Source: Veleropilina oligotropha
Lineage: Eukaryota
Assembly (NCBI GenBank): GCA_048128005.1
Contig: JBEUKZ010000126.1
Location: 124,001-188,000 of the forward strand
DNA: 64,000 nt
Reading direction: 5' to 3'
Shown: positions 9,356 through 20,110 of the stretch, one piece after another
Position numbering within the stretch: position 1 is the first letter of the stretch
How the letters are laid out: each line of letters opens with the position of its first letter
Program-made: the position numbers and the translations under genes
Notes under the pieces: model-generated
Databases searched by the model: none
What the model was told of the DNA's origin: nothing
The model's input: the letters and a program-made list of their open reading frames with translations, nothing else

Positions 9356-12300
9356 CAGCTGCTGCTCCCTCGTTTTCGGTTACATTCCAGACACGTTAAG
9401 CGCACGTTGTCGCGGATGTGGCCCCTGCGGTTGTCCACACGGTCGACACAACTGCTGTGTGTCTTTGGGCTGGTAGGCCCAGAGCAGCTCTATGTTGCAT
9501 GCCGCGCAGCGGTTGTTTTGGGCGTCTTTGAGCTGCAGGATGTCATCGACCTTGAGGTTAAATCCCGGGAGTCCCTTGGCCTGGTCCTGGCGTTTGTACG
9601 CCACAAGCTTTTTCTGGATGGTCTTTCGGAGCTGTTGCTCGGTTTGCGGCAGGGGCCTGTCCTCAGCACCCTCATCCGGAGGACAGGTTACCCGTTCGAG
9701 CTGATGCAGCAGCTCCACCCGGGACACGGCTAGGTAGGCGAGATTACTCCACTGAAGGTAGTCATCGATGATCCAGACTTTCTGTGGGTCGTGAATCGTA
9801 AGACCCTGGCTCGAATGGATGGTGAGAGCATATCCCAGGCGCCAATCCGGGGTCTGAATAGCCCGCTCAGCGGCGTCAATGGTGACCTCGACGACGTCGT
9901 TCAGAACTAGCTCCTCTCTGTCGCTGGTGCCCGGAATCGTTACCATGATGTTTTGCTTACGGGTGTCCCTGGGGTGGTACAGGATAGGTACCGGGGAGTC
10001 TGGGAAGTGCTCCTTGTGCCTCTGGAGCAACAGCTGTTGAGCCCGTTCGCGGACCTTCTGACGGCTCGTGAGGATTAGGTCGCCTGGCCTCCAGGTGTTG
10101 ACGAACCGATCCCATCCAAGGCAGCTGGGGAGCGTCCGTCGCATCTCGTCGCACTGGATTTTGTCGGGCTGGAGACGTATCCGTCTTTTCAGGGCTTGGA
10201 GGGCAGGGTCGTCTTTCGCCCTGTAGTGTACTTCGATCTCCTCATAGTAGTCCGCAGTCCTTCGCAGCCAATCGTGCGGCATCTCGCCCGTAATCGGTGG
10301 TGGCTGGCCTTGATCGCCACAGCAGATAACCTGAACTTCGTGGCGGCCCAGCCAGTCCAAGAACATCTCTAGAATAGCCCGCGGAACAGTACAGACCTCG
10401 TCCCAGATAATGACACGGGGGATGAACTTCTGGCCCATGCGGTCAGGCGTCGTCATTCTGACCGCTCCATCGGAAGAAGCTGTGGTAGGTCTGGGCTTTG
10501 ACGCCTCTGGTCCGCATCTCTTTAGCGAGGCGGTGGGTTGGTGTGAACACGACGGGATTCCTTGCCCGGAAGAGCTCTATAGCTCTCGTAGTCTTGCCAC
10601 AGCCCCCTCCACCATTGAGGTAACTCAGGCGATGGTGGGTCAGTGTGTCATTGTAGCATGGCGCGGTGCTCGGCGGGAGGTCCTTCTCGGACTGCGTGTA
10701 CTCCGGCTTGGGCAGGTATGCGGCATGTTCCTGTGGCATATACAGCTGTTCGCCCTTGTCACGCCACTGGGCCGGTGCTACTGGCGGAAGGTACGGCTCC
10801 GCGATCAGACATGAGACGCACGATTGGCTGCGACAGTCGCAGAGTCGGGGGGCAACGTACACCGTGACATCGTCGAGCTTCTCCAACGAGGCCTTCTTGA
10901 GGTAGATGCTGTCAGTGGCTACCCGGACGGCTCCTGCTGCACTGAACCTCTTGAGCATTGATAGGAGGTTTATGTGTGCATATCCCAACATCGCGGCCCT
11001 CAGGTGGGCGTACTGTGGCTGGGAGCCATCATAGTACGTGAGGATGTGCCCCATAGGGCATCTTTGAGGTGCGCCGACCAGGGTACCGCTTTGGCGGGTG
11101 TCTCTTACCAGGAAGTCCAGCTCACCCTGGTCGGTCACCAGTCTACGAGTCAATCTTTTGCCATCAGCTTTGGCGCCCTGGGTGAACTTGCCGATGATAC
11201 TGCATCCCTGGTCACGATTCTCAGGAAGCCAGACATCGGTCTGGTTTTTGAACGCGATGACGGCTTCTCGGATCTTGAGGCTTTTTAGCAGTCCAGATTC
11301 TACGAGGTAGGTGAGCAGAGGCGTCGGGGCCCATCCATTCTCTGCAAAGTGCTTCCCGAACCATGCTACAATGACGGGGTGGATGTCTTGTGCGAACTCC
11401 CACCCCACGACCTCAGCAAAGCCGGTGCCGATATCTTCGGGAAGAGGACCGTTAATTGCGACCCGGGTCATGCTGTGGGTTGGGTGTCCGAATCTTTCGA
11501 AATAGGGCTTAGCCTCGCCCTGCCCCAGAAAGCTGGCAGGGTAGCAGGCTTTCATATCGATGCAGCAGACATCGCCCGTGTCGTAATTCATGGAATTCCA
11601 GAGACCGCCGTGGCCATGCTCTACACAGGCCTTCTGGATGTCATCGAGCAGGGCCGCTGGGGTCGGTTTCCAGCCGTTGGTCTCCTTAGCCATAATGCTA
11701 GCTGCATGGTTCACGCCAAAGGCTCGATCGGCTAGGGACTCGTTCCCCAGCGCTGTACAGGCTTCCTGGAGTCTCTCGTGAGCCTCTTTCGTCCGGTAAG
11801 TGTGGCCATCTTGCAGCACGAACTGGTCCACGCCGAGCTGTCGGTCTTTACCGCCAAGGAGCCAGACAGCTAATGGCTCGTTCCGTGTGGCTTGTCGGAT
11901 AGCTTCCCAGACATCGCCCTCATACAGGTGGACCTCGCGAGACTGCGGAAAGTGTAGGTCCTTCGACCAGGCGTGGCCGTTGTGACAGATGAGTTCTATG
12001 GACTTCCACATACTGGCCTGGTACTTCCCACTGTTGTAGAGGTCCTCGCCAGCGATGTCTCGCAAGACGATCGCCCGCTTCAATATCTTCTCGAGGATGG
12101 ATATATCATCCACAGTGGCGCCTGTTACATGAACTCGCTCTTCCCACTCCAGTATTTTCTGCCGCCTTATCGGGGTGAGTCCGTTTCCTCTAAGGGCACC
12201 TTCGAAGTGCTCAACCACTCGTTGGGCAACGCAGTTGAGGTCGCCGTTCTTCATCGGAACCAGATTGGCGGGGTTTGGTTCTCTGAGAGGATAGACGCCG

Positions 12301-13208
12301 TAGACGACTGCAGTGACCGGGTACGCGTTCTCGTAGTATACTTTGTCGACCCCAGTAATAGCACCCGGCTTAGTGTCATGGGATATCTCAAAGACACCCT
12401 GGCCCTTCTTTCTCGCAGCCTTCACCGGGTCAAACTTGTCTTCGACCATCCAGTCACCTTCACTCCACTCACGCAAGAACTTTATCCTAAGGACATACTC
12501 GCCCTTTGGAAGGGCTGTGAGGAGCTGTGCCGCCCTTGCATCTGTCATACGGGCATCCAGGGCCAGCCGTCCAGCCACCTCGACCCTCCATGTGGAGAAC
12601 GCCGCCGCGGCGCCATCGACCTCAAACTCGTCTTTGGCGTCGCTCAAGAGTTCCACCCATGGCTCTTTTGCTGGGAGCCTTACTGGGGGAGGGACCTGGT
12701 CATCCAGGTCGATGAATCGTTGTCCCTCGGGTGTGGTAAATTGCCCTAGAAGATCCTTCTGGTAGTCCTGGGCTGTCCGGGGCGTTTTGGAGATGAGAAG
12801 ATCGGGCCCCTTCCGAGCAATAGCATGGGCAAGGGTCTCTTTCCGAGACCGCTTGACGATTCGATCCGTGATGGCGCGAAGTGGCTTCAGTCGAATCCCC
12901 GGCGTTTTCTCAGCCTGGGATTCGTATTTACGAGCCTGCAGGGCGGCGTCGACCTCGTCCTTAATCTGCCGCAACTCGCGAGCACGTCGGCCTCTTTTGT
13001 GGGGGTTCTCCACATCTCCACGTATGGAGGGGAACCTTCCCGTTTTCATCGCTCGCTCGAGTCTCCTCCGAAACTCCGCAGCACGGACCCTGGCTATTGC
13101 CCGGATGAGGTCGTTCTTCTTGAGCTTCGACCGAGCGGGAAGCCCATAATCTTTCGCTAGATTGCGTAGTTCTCTGAGGGAGGCACGTACCATCTTGGCA
13201 TGACACAT
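9352..13208 (-). pseudogene. Multidomain replicase: HeH - vOTU-like - divergent protein-primed PolB - SF1 helicase - HNH nuclease, with two frameshifts (~10450, ~9450)
   Basis: PolB motifs IDMKACYP, SIIGKF and VATDSIY. Helicase motifs GGGGCGKT, IIWDE, CGDQGQ, ALTIHSSQG and YLAVSR. C-terminal CAAC...VDRVDNRRGHIRDNVRLTCLECN lies in a shifted frame ending at TAA 9352-9354. Confidence 0.88.
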
Positions 13209-13224
13209 ATATACCAGTCTCTAA
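13209..13224 (-). promoter_or_regulatory. Candidate viral promoter motif TTAGAGACTGGTATAT, copy 1 (directly upstream of replicase ATG)
   Basis: Exact 16-bp duplicate at 13539-13554, upstream of the zinc-finger ORF. Confidence 0.5.
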
Positions 13225-13235
13225 ATGGAATTTTT

Positions 13236-13535
13236 TTAAGTCGCGCGCGACTGCAGCTCGCACAATACTTTGCCGTAGAGACGACGGGCTCTTTTTGCAG
13301 TATTTATGAGAGCCTGGGCGGCACGATGACCTCCACACGGTCTACACAACAGAACGGCCGATTTCGTACCGACACCACATACCCTACATGGCAGGGGTGA
13401 TGTTCTTCCCATCCGAATTTGCTGTCTATGCGTCTTGCAAAATTCGTTGACGCAGGTACGACCACAAACCCCAACGGTATTAACTTTCAACCAAGGGCAT
13501 ACATTCGGTCCCCACATGGTTATCGCGGATATCAT
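13236..13535 (-). CDS. Cys/His-rich zinc-binding viral protein
   Basis: CPW..CGRTC..FCKTH and CRVC..CRPC motifs with a basic tail. Confidence 0.7.
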   Translation of the reverse strand: MISAITMWGPNVCPWLKVNTVGVCGRTCVNEFCKTHRQQIRMGRTSPLPCRVCGVGTKSAVLLCRPCGGHRAAQALINTAKRARRLYGKVLCELQSRAT

Positions 13536-13538
13536 CGC

Positions 13539-13554
13539 ATATACCAGTCTCTAA
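13539..13554 (-). promoter_or_regulatory. Candidate viral promoter motif TTAGAGACTGGTATAT, copy 2
   Basis: Exact duplicate of 13209-13224, 3 bp upstream of ATG 13535. Confidence 0.5.
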
Positions 13555-13679
13555 TATAAATTATGACACTAGTATATCGAGCCCGGGCCGGCGAGGGTTG
13601 TGGGCCGTCCCTACGGGCTCTTACTACATGCTAACTATATCGGCATGTTAGACACTGTGTAGTTATACTTGAAATCAAC

Positions 13680-13853
13680 ATGCCGCAGAAAGACGTTCCC
13701 ATGTTGCGCAGCGCGAAAAGTTCCCGCCGCAAGGCCCCTGCCAAGGCTCCTGCCAAGGCTCCTACCAAGACTCCTACCAAGACTCCTACCAAGACGCCTG
13801 CCAAGGCTCCTGCCAAGGCCCCTGCCAAGGCTCCTGCCAAACGTCGTCCCTAG
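13680..13853 (+). CDS. 57-aa histone H1-tail-like basic protein (candidate DNA-condensing core protein; not in ORF track)
   Basis: MPQKDVPMLRSAKSSRRKAPAKAPAKAPTKTPTKTPTKTPAKAPAKAPAKAPAKRRP*; CAACATG start; encoded by a 12-bp tandem repeat. Confidence 0.65.
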   Translation: MPQKDVPMLRSAKSSRRKAPAKAPAKAPTKTPTKTPTKTPAKAPAKAPAKAPAKRRP

Positions 13854-13911
13854 TCCCACCCCTGCTCTGTGACACACGGTAACTTTTTGTAATACAAGCT
13901 ATACCCTGGGG

Positions 13912-14157
13912 TCTGAAAGGGTGCTGGGAGCCCCCACCCCCGGGCCCCCGGGCCCCACCCTAACTCCCTAGTTCCCCACAGTAATACCAGCTCAGTTCTG
14001 AAATAGTGCTGGGAGCCTTATTTTTCCATTCTAAAAAGTCCAATCACCCCCCCTGCTGCTGAGTTGAGATCCATATTAATTCTGAAAAGGTGCTGGGGGC
14101 CCTAATTTCCCTCGCCGCGCCCCCACATAAAAGGTATGGTCACCCCCCCTGCTGCTG
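13912..14157. repeat. Subterminal direct repeats of the viral element (probable terminal inverted repeat region)
   Basis: TCTGAAAnnGTGCTGGGRGCC at 13912, 13997 and 14081; TCACCCCCCCTGCTGCTG at 14044 and 14140. Confidence 0.7.
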
Positions 14158-14624
14158 GAATTTATTATGCACACAAGGTAAAGTCCACCCTAGACTAGCT
14201 CGGTCCTCCATAATAATGATCGGACTCGAAATTTAAGCGGATTCGGATTATATGATGCAATTTACGGTTTAATTGCTGCGATCCGATTTACTCAATTTTT
14301 GTACTCAAGATAGAGTCCACCCTAATCTCGGTCCTCCTTATAAAGATGATTGGAGTCGGAAAGCAGATTCGGATTACATGTATATGACGCAATTTTCGGT
14401 TCGGGGATTTTCGGCTCTAATGCTAGAATGCTTCACTGTACAAACTTCAAATTTGGCTCAAAATGTACCTTAACTATTATTCGCAGATATATCTATAGCT
14501 TTCTCCATTTCTTGCCATGCACAGGGGCAAAGGTTTGCTATCTCTGATTGCATTGTTTGACGTTTGTACGGCAAATAGTTGTAACGCTAGAGCCGAAAAT
14601 CTGCAAACTGGAAATTATGGAATT

Positions 14625-14869
14625 TTTATCCGCCTGTTCTGATCAAGATCCATCTCCACTCTCTGTGAGAGTATTACAGTCAAGCTGCCAATTGTAAGCG
14701 CTACGACTAATTAACACGCCAACCAGGTACCCAATTAAGTCGAATGGGTGAACCGAGGCACATACTGTATATGCTTAATTCCTTGCCCAAGGAAATTCGC
14801 CGGGATCGGGGATTGAACTCCAAACCTCTTGACGACAGGCCAGTGCGTCTACCACTGTACCACGGCTGC
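14625..14869 (-). mobile_element. tRNA-derived SINE, family A (Deu/Nin-like core)
   Basis: A/B-box-like head plus CCTTGGGCAAG and GGGTACCTGG core; related copies at 30383-30703, 33950-34850 and 58222-58522. Confidence 0.75.
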
Positions 14870-15049
14870 ATATTAATTAAGCCATCTCTTCTATTAACAT
14901 ACTTAAGCATTCGATTAAGCCATACCTGTAACCAGTGTGGATTCTAACCCGCATATTATCATATTATCATATTATCATATACATACTGTATATAAAAATA
15001 TTTCTGAAAAAATATTTATCTACCTTAATAACATGTTTGTCATTTGAAT

Positions 15050-18000
15050 CCGATGGATTCAAAACATTGAATGAAGTGGTTGAATCAACTCCTCAAACCA
15101 CAACAGCATGTAGCATTGCTAAAACGTCATATACAGATATGGCTAAAATAAATGCAACAACCCAAACAAAGCCTATCAGGAATAGTGCTCATCCAGTAAG
15201 TAATGCATCGCTCCATTCGCAACGTAGCCAAAACAATGATTGCACAATGGAGGGTTCAAAATCGGACAATGTGTTATTACTCGGATCATCAATCTTTAAA
15301 TCAATCAGCAAACGAGGTCTGCAAAAGAATGTGCAGATAGATACAAACAGAGGAGCGCATATTGCGGACATCAAATGGAAGTTAAATGGTATGGACTTAA
15401 ACCGATTTAATTCTGTCGTGTTTTACTGTGGAGGGAACGATGCTGCATGTGGAAAATCAGACAAGGATATTTACTGGGAATACTCGGACATGCTAACTGA
15501 TGTTTTAGATAAGTATCTTCAGTTAGAAATCTACATCTGTGGGCTAATGCCGCGCAAGGATGCAGACATCCCATCAGTCAATGATGCCTTGTATCACCTG
15601 TGTTTGAATCTTAATGTTCGTTTCATTGAAAATTATGATACATGCTTAAACAGAAGTGGTCGAATTTTGAATCAAATGTTCAGAAATGATTGCATCCATT
15701 TGTCTGACAAAGGTACAGCAAAAAACTTGTTAGGAATATTGACCAAGCTGTGCATATCATTAAGGCAAAGTCCCCATCATCAAATGCATCCTTTAATCTT
15801 GCTAGATGTTTCATTTGTGCCGAAACCGGACATATCTCGTCAAACTGTAGACACAAAAATGGAGTAACTTGTTGGTCCTGTGGTGCTCTTGGACATAAAA
15901 GTAAATCATGCCAAACTTGGTAGGATATTGGCAAAGACCATGATGCCGAAATTGTACAAGGGTCAAATTACATTACATGATACCCAGGTTAACATGTCTG
16001 AAAATGAAGAGTTGTCTATCTTATTTATATTCTATATCTTATTGCTGGAATTTCTTTTGCTTTGTTTTGCTTATATGTTTCCTGTATATTTATGCATTAT
16101 TCAAATATTGCCTTACATGATCTTAATACCGTAATGATTAGTAATGATACATCATTCTGTTCTTCAACAAAAGTTGTAAATGAAAGTGTTTTACCTCCCT
16201 TACAGCACAAGACTTCAAGAGAATCACATAGTAATTGTAGTTTCAACAATAGCACATCATTTGAGAAGGTAAATGTTCGTCACATTACTTCAAAATTTGA
16301 TGAACTAAAACTTACCCTAAATAACTGATAGACAGTTGATTGACATTCTCGGTATTTGTGGAACATTTCTACTGTTGAAAATTGCAATTTAGATATATTC
16401 GGCTACCCATTCGAAAGACGTGATAGGACATCTGGAGGTGGTGGAGGCGTTCTTGTTTATATTGCAAATCATGTGGCTTATAAGCGAAGAACGGATCTTG
16501 AAATTGGCAACATTGAAACAATATTGATTGAGATCAATTTACCATTTACAAAGCCTCTTCTGTTTTGTTCCACCTATAGAACTCCAAATACAACAACAAA
16601 CTGGATAGATCAGCTTAATTTAGAAATTGCAACAGCTCTCAGTTTAGCTGATATTGAAATAATTATTGCCGGTGATCTAAACATTGACTATTCAAAACCT
16701 CCTCTGCAAAAATGAATCCAATGTTTTGAACTTTACGATCTTACGGAATTAATTACCAACCCCACTAGAATTACCAAAGATTCTCAAACAATCATAGATC
16801 ATATTTACACAAACAAGCCGGACAATATTCTTGAAATCAATGTACCTACTTATGCCATAAGCGACCACTACCGTGTTTGTGCAACTAGGGGCATTCTCAA
16901 ACCCATAAAGAAGTCTGCTCATATTGAAGTTGAATATAGGGATTTTAAAAAATTTGATGAAAATGCTTTTTTGCTTGATTAGCATCAAAACCATTTGATA
17001 AAATAAATCATGTTATGGACAGCAGTATCGCATTACAAGAGTGGTACTCGCTTTTTAATGGAGTTCTAGATTGCCATACATCAGTAAGAATAAAGCGCGT
17101 TAAACAGCAATTTAAACCCCAATGGTTGACCCCTGAAATTAATAATGCCAGACGACTTCGAGATAAATATCATAAACATAGAGACTGGGATAAATACAAA
17201 TATTGGCGAAATAAATTAACCAACTTGATTAATAAGGCCAAACAACTACTACAGACAAGCTATAGAAGAATGTCAGAACTCCGGCCAAATCTGGAAACAT
17301 ATAAATGAACTAAATACACGTAAATCAAACAACTCGCCACCAACTCATGTAAATTATGAAAATCGTACTTCTAGTTCAATACAAGAAACTGTGGACATAT
17401 TTAGTAAATATTTCAGTGAAATATCTGAGACACTGATAATACAGCCAGAAACTTTTAATCCAGATCATTTAAGTGAGCAATTAAGAGAGAAAACTGCAAT
17501 GCTATCACCTTTTACGCTGTGTTGTGCTTCGGAAATTGATGTTTATAAAACTCTGATGGCGTTAAACGTTAATAAATCTACAGGAATTGATGGTATTGGT
17601 CAAAAAATATTAAAACTCAGTGCGCCTGTTATTGCTAATTCTATAACTCATATCCTAAATTTAAGTATCCAAACTCATGTATATCCTGACCTCTTCAAAT
17701 GTGCAAAAATAACACCAATCTTCAAAAGTGGTACCCGAGATGATCCTGCTAACTACAGACCAATCTCAATTTTACTAACAATATCAAAAATATTTGAAAA
17801 ACGTGGCTCACTTGATATATAACTACCTAAATGAAAATAACTTATTACATAAAGAGCAATCAGGCTTCAGAATGTCTCATTCATGTCAAACAGCACTTAA
17901 TAAATTAACTGACACTTGGTTAAGAGAAATGGATGCAGGAAATTTAACTGGCGTAGTTTATCTTGATTTCAAAAAATCTTTTGATTTAGTCAATCATAAA

Positions 18001-19363
18001 ATTCTCATTACCAATTAGAATCATATAATTTTGATGCAAATATTATAAGCTGGTTAAATTCCTATTTAAGCAATCAAATCCTGCTCAAATTAAGACTGGA
18101 GTACCTCAAGGTTCAGCTTTAGGCCCCCTGCTATTTTTAATATTCATAAACGATTTACCGTTGAATGCGGAAAAATGCAACATTATAGACTTGTTTGCAG
18201 ATGACAGTACCCTTTTCTTCGAAATCATCATTAGCTGCTTTAGAAAATAATTTAAATTATGATCTTGTAAATATTGAAAAATGGTGCAACCAAAACAATA
18301 TGATGTTAAATGTTATCAAAACTAAATGCATGTTAATAACTACGGATCAAAAGTTATCTCGTATCGATAATAAGACATTAAATCATTATGCTAATAACAC
18401 AACTATTGAAGTTGTTTCAAGGCATAAACTCGTTGGCATTCATGTTGATGAATTTCTAAACTGGGATACCCAAGTTAACAGAGTATCCAAAATGTTAACT
18501 TCCAAAATAGCCCTTTTATCCAGAATAAAAAAGTATCTTCCAAAGAAAACCAGAATACTGTATTTCAATGCTTACGTTCAGCCAATCTTTGAGTACTGTC
18601 TTACTGTTTGGGGAAACTGTTCTAAGCAAAATTTGGACAGACTTCAACAGTTACAAAAGAGAGCTGCACGAATCATTCTAGACCAGCCCTATGATGCACC
18701 ATCTGACCCCTTGTTCAAGGAACTTAACTGGCTAAAAATTGAAAAAGTTATCCATTACAATAAAGCAATACTTGTTTTCAAATGCCTACATGGTATGGCT
18801 CCACAATTTTTACAGGAACTATTTATCACTTTGCAATCAGACTACTCACTACGATCAGTGGAAAATGTCAACCTTTCTATCCCTAAATATTCAAAGCAGC
18901 TTTATTGGAAATGTATCCAAGTTTCAGGCACAACAATTTGGAACAGTTTGCCCAAAACTCTCAGATCAGAAAGCAGTGTTAGTAGTTTTAAAAACAGTTG
19001 TTTTAATTATATGCTAAATGCTGCCTAACTTATAAACATTATAATTATACCTTAAGCTACTGGTATGTATATAGAAGTAGGAAAAGACCACTCAATAAAA
19101 TACTAGTCTCCAGTTAGATCAAGGCATACTGGTATGTATATATTATGTATTAATACATATCATATGTATGCATAATATTCATGTCTTATATTTTATATTA
19201 CTGCATTGTGCTTGTGTATATATTTATTTCGTTTTGTTATATATGCCTATTATATTATTTTAATTTAAGTAGAGTAGAGAGGGCCTCAAGGAAGAATAGT
19301 ATTGTACTAATTGGGTTACCTTCTTCAAATAAAGCATTATTATTATTATTATTATTATTATTA
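15050..19363 (+). mobile_element. Decayed non-LTR retrotransposon, L2/CR1 group (5' boundary approximate)
   Basis: ORF1 remnant: SGNH esterase (LLGSSI, CGGND, DCIHL) plus two CCHC knuckles at 15807-15923. ORF2 fragments: APE (GGGGVLVY, IAGDLN, IDHI, SDH) and RT (NYRPIS, LDFKKSFD, GVPQGS, FADD). AATAAA plus (ATT)n tail; many stops and frameshifts. Confidence 0.93.
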
Positions 19364-19666
19364 TAATTATGAGCATATGTAACAGGAATCAAGAATTTTT
19401 TTTCTTTCCAAATAAAAAAGAACATTTAATGTAATACATAAAATTTAGATTTTAATAAATAAATTTTAAATATTAATGAATGAATTTGAAATACTAGAAT
19501 TAATAAATGAATTTTAAATATTGATACATTTTTTAAAAATATTAATAATGAACTTTAAATAATAATGGAGTTTAAATATTACTAAATGAATTTTAAATAT
19601 TAATAAATGAATTTTAAATATTACTAAATGAATTTTAAATTTTAATAAATGGATTTTAAATATTAA

Positions 19667-20110
19667 AGAGACTATTGCCCGTAAATGCGCTCTTTCGCAC
19701 AAGTTATTTCTGGCACGAGTTGTCCTGGCACCATCTATCGCCCAGATTGATACAAATTTCGCGAAGATATGATCGATATATGATCAAATGATGGACTTTT
19801 ATTGAAATTATTATTGTAACTGGGAAATAATGTTATTGTCAAGTAGAAAGCTATCTTACTTGACGAGCAGAAACCAAAGCAACTGTGCTCCAACTAGGTC
19901 AATTGGAAATGAACTCTGTGCGAGGTAATTAAACGCGGACCGCATTGTATTATTTTTAAATATTCAGTAGCGATTAATTTAAACGGTATCAAATTACTGA
20001 CGAAAGTTGAGTGTTGATAATTCCTAACTTTTTATGTTATAAACAAAAAGTGTAATGCTGTTAGTTTTCTTTTTAAAAAAGAAAGAGCGCATTTACGGGC
20101 AATAGTCTCT
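19667..20110 (+). mobile_element. MITE with TTAA TSD and AGAGACT termini (Kolobok-like), copy 1
   Basis: ~30-bp TIR AGAGACTATTGCCCGTAAATGCGCTCTTTC, TTAA on both sides, inserted in an AT-rich ~21-bp tandem repeat. Confidence 0.88.

Larger units (their letters stand above)
1..14175. mobile_element. Endogenous Polinton-like (Maverick/adintovirus-related) dsDNA virus; left part lies outside the window, right boundary approximate
   Basis: Visibly GC-rich block of abutting intronless ORFs: capsid-like genes, packaging ATPase, rve integrase and PolB-helicase. It ends in a non-coding GC-rich repeat region at 13.9-14.16 kb, then switches abruptly to AT-rich host DNA. Confidence 0.92.

Noticed and set aside
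13631..13877. Track ORFs 13631-13840(-), 13635-13877(-) and 13669-13872(+)
   Set aside because: These are alternative frames of the 12-bp repeat; the KAPA/KTPT frame has the best ATG context and the most plausible composition.
1..14175. Bacterial prophage or contaminant
   Set aside because: It has a Polinton-type rve integrase and eukaryotic CAACATG start contexts, no phage hallmark genes, and is contiguous with intron-containing animal genes (read-level confirmation still advisable).
14182..14401. Duplicated ~90-bp segment (14182-14269 and 14314-14401) as the viral TSD or TIR
   Set aside because: It is too long and too diverged for an integrase TSD, is in direct orientation and has host-like composition; probably an older host duplication.
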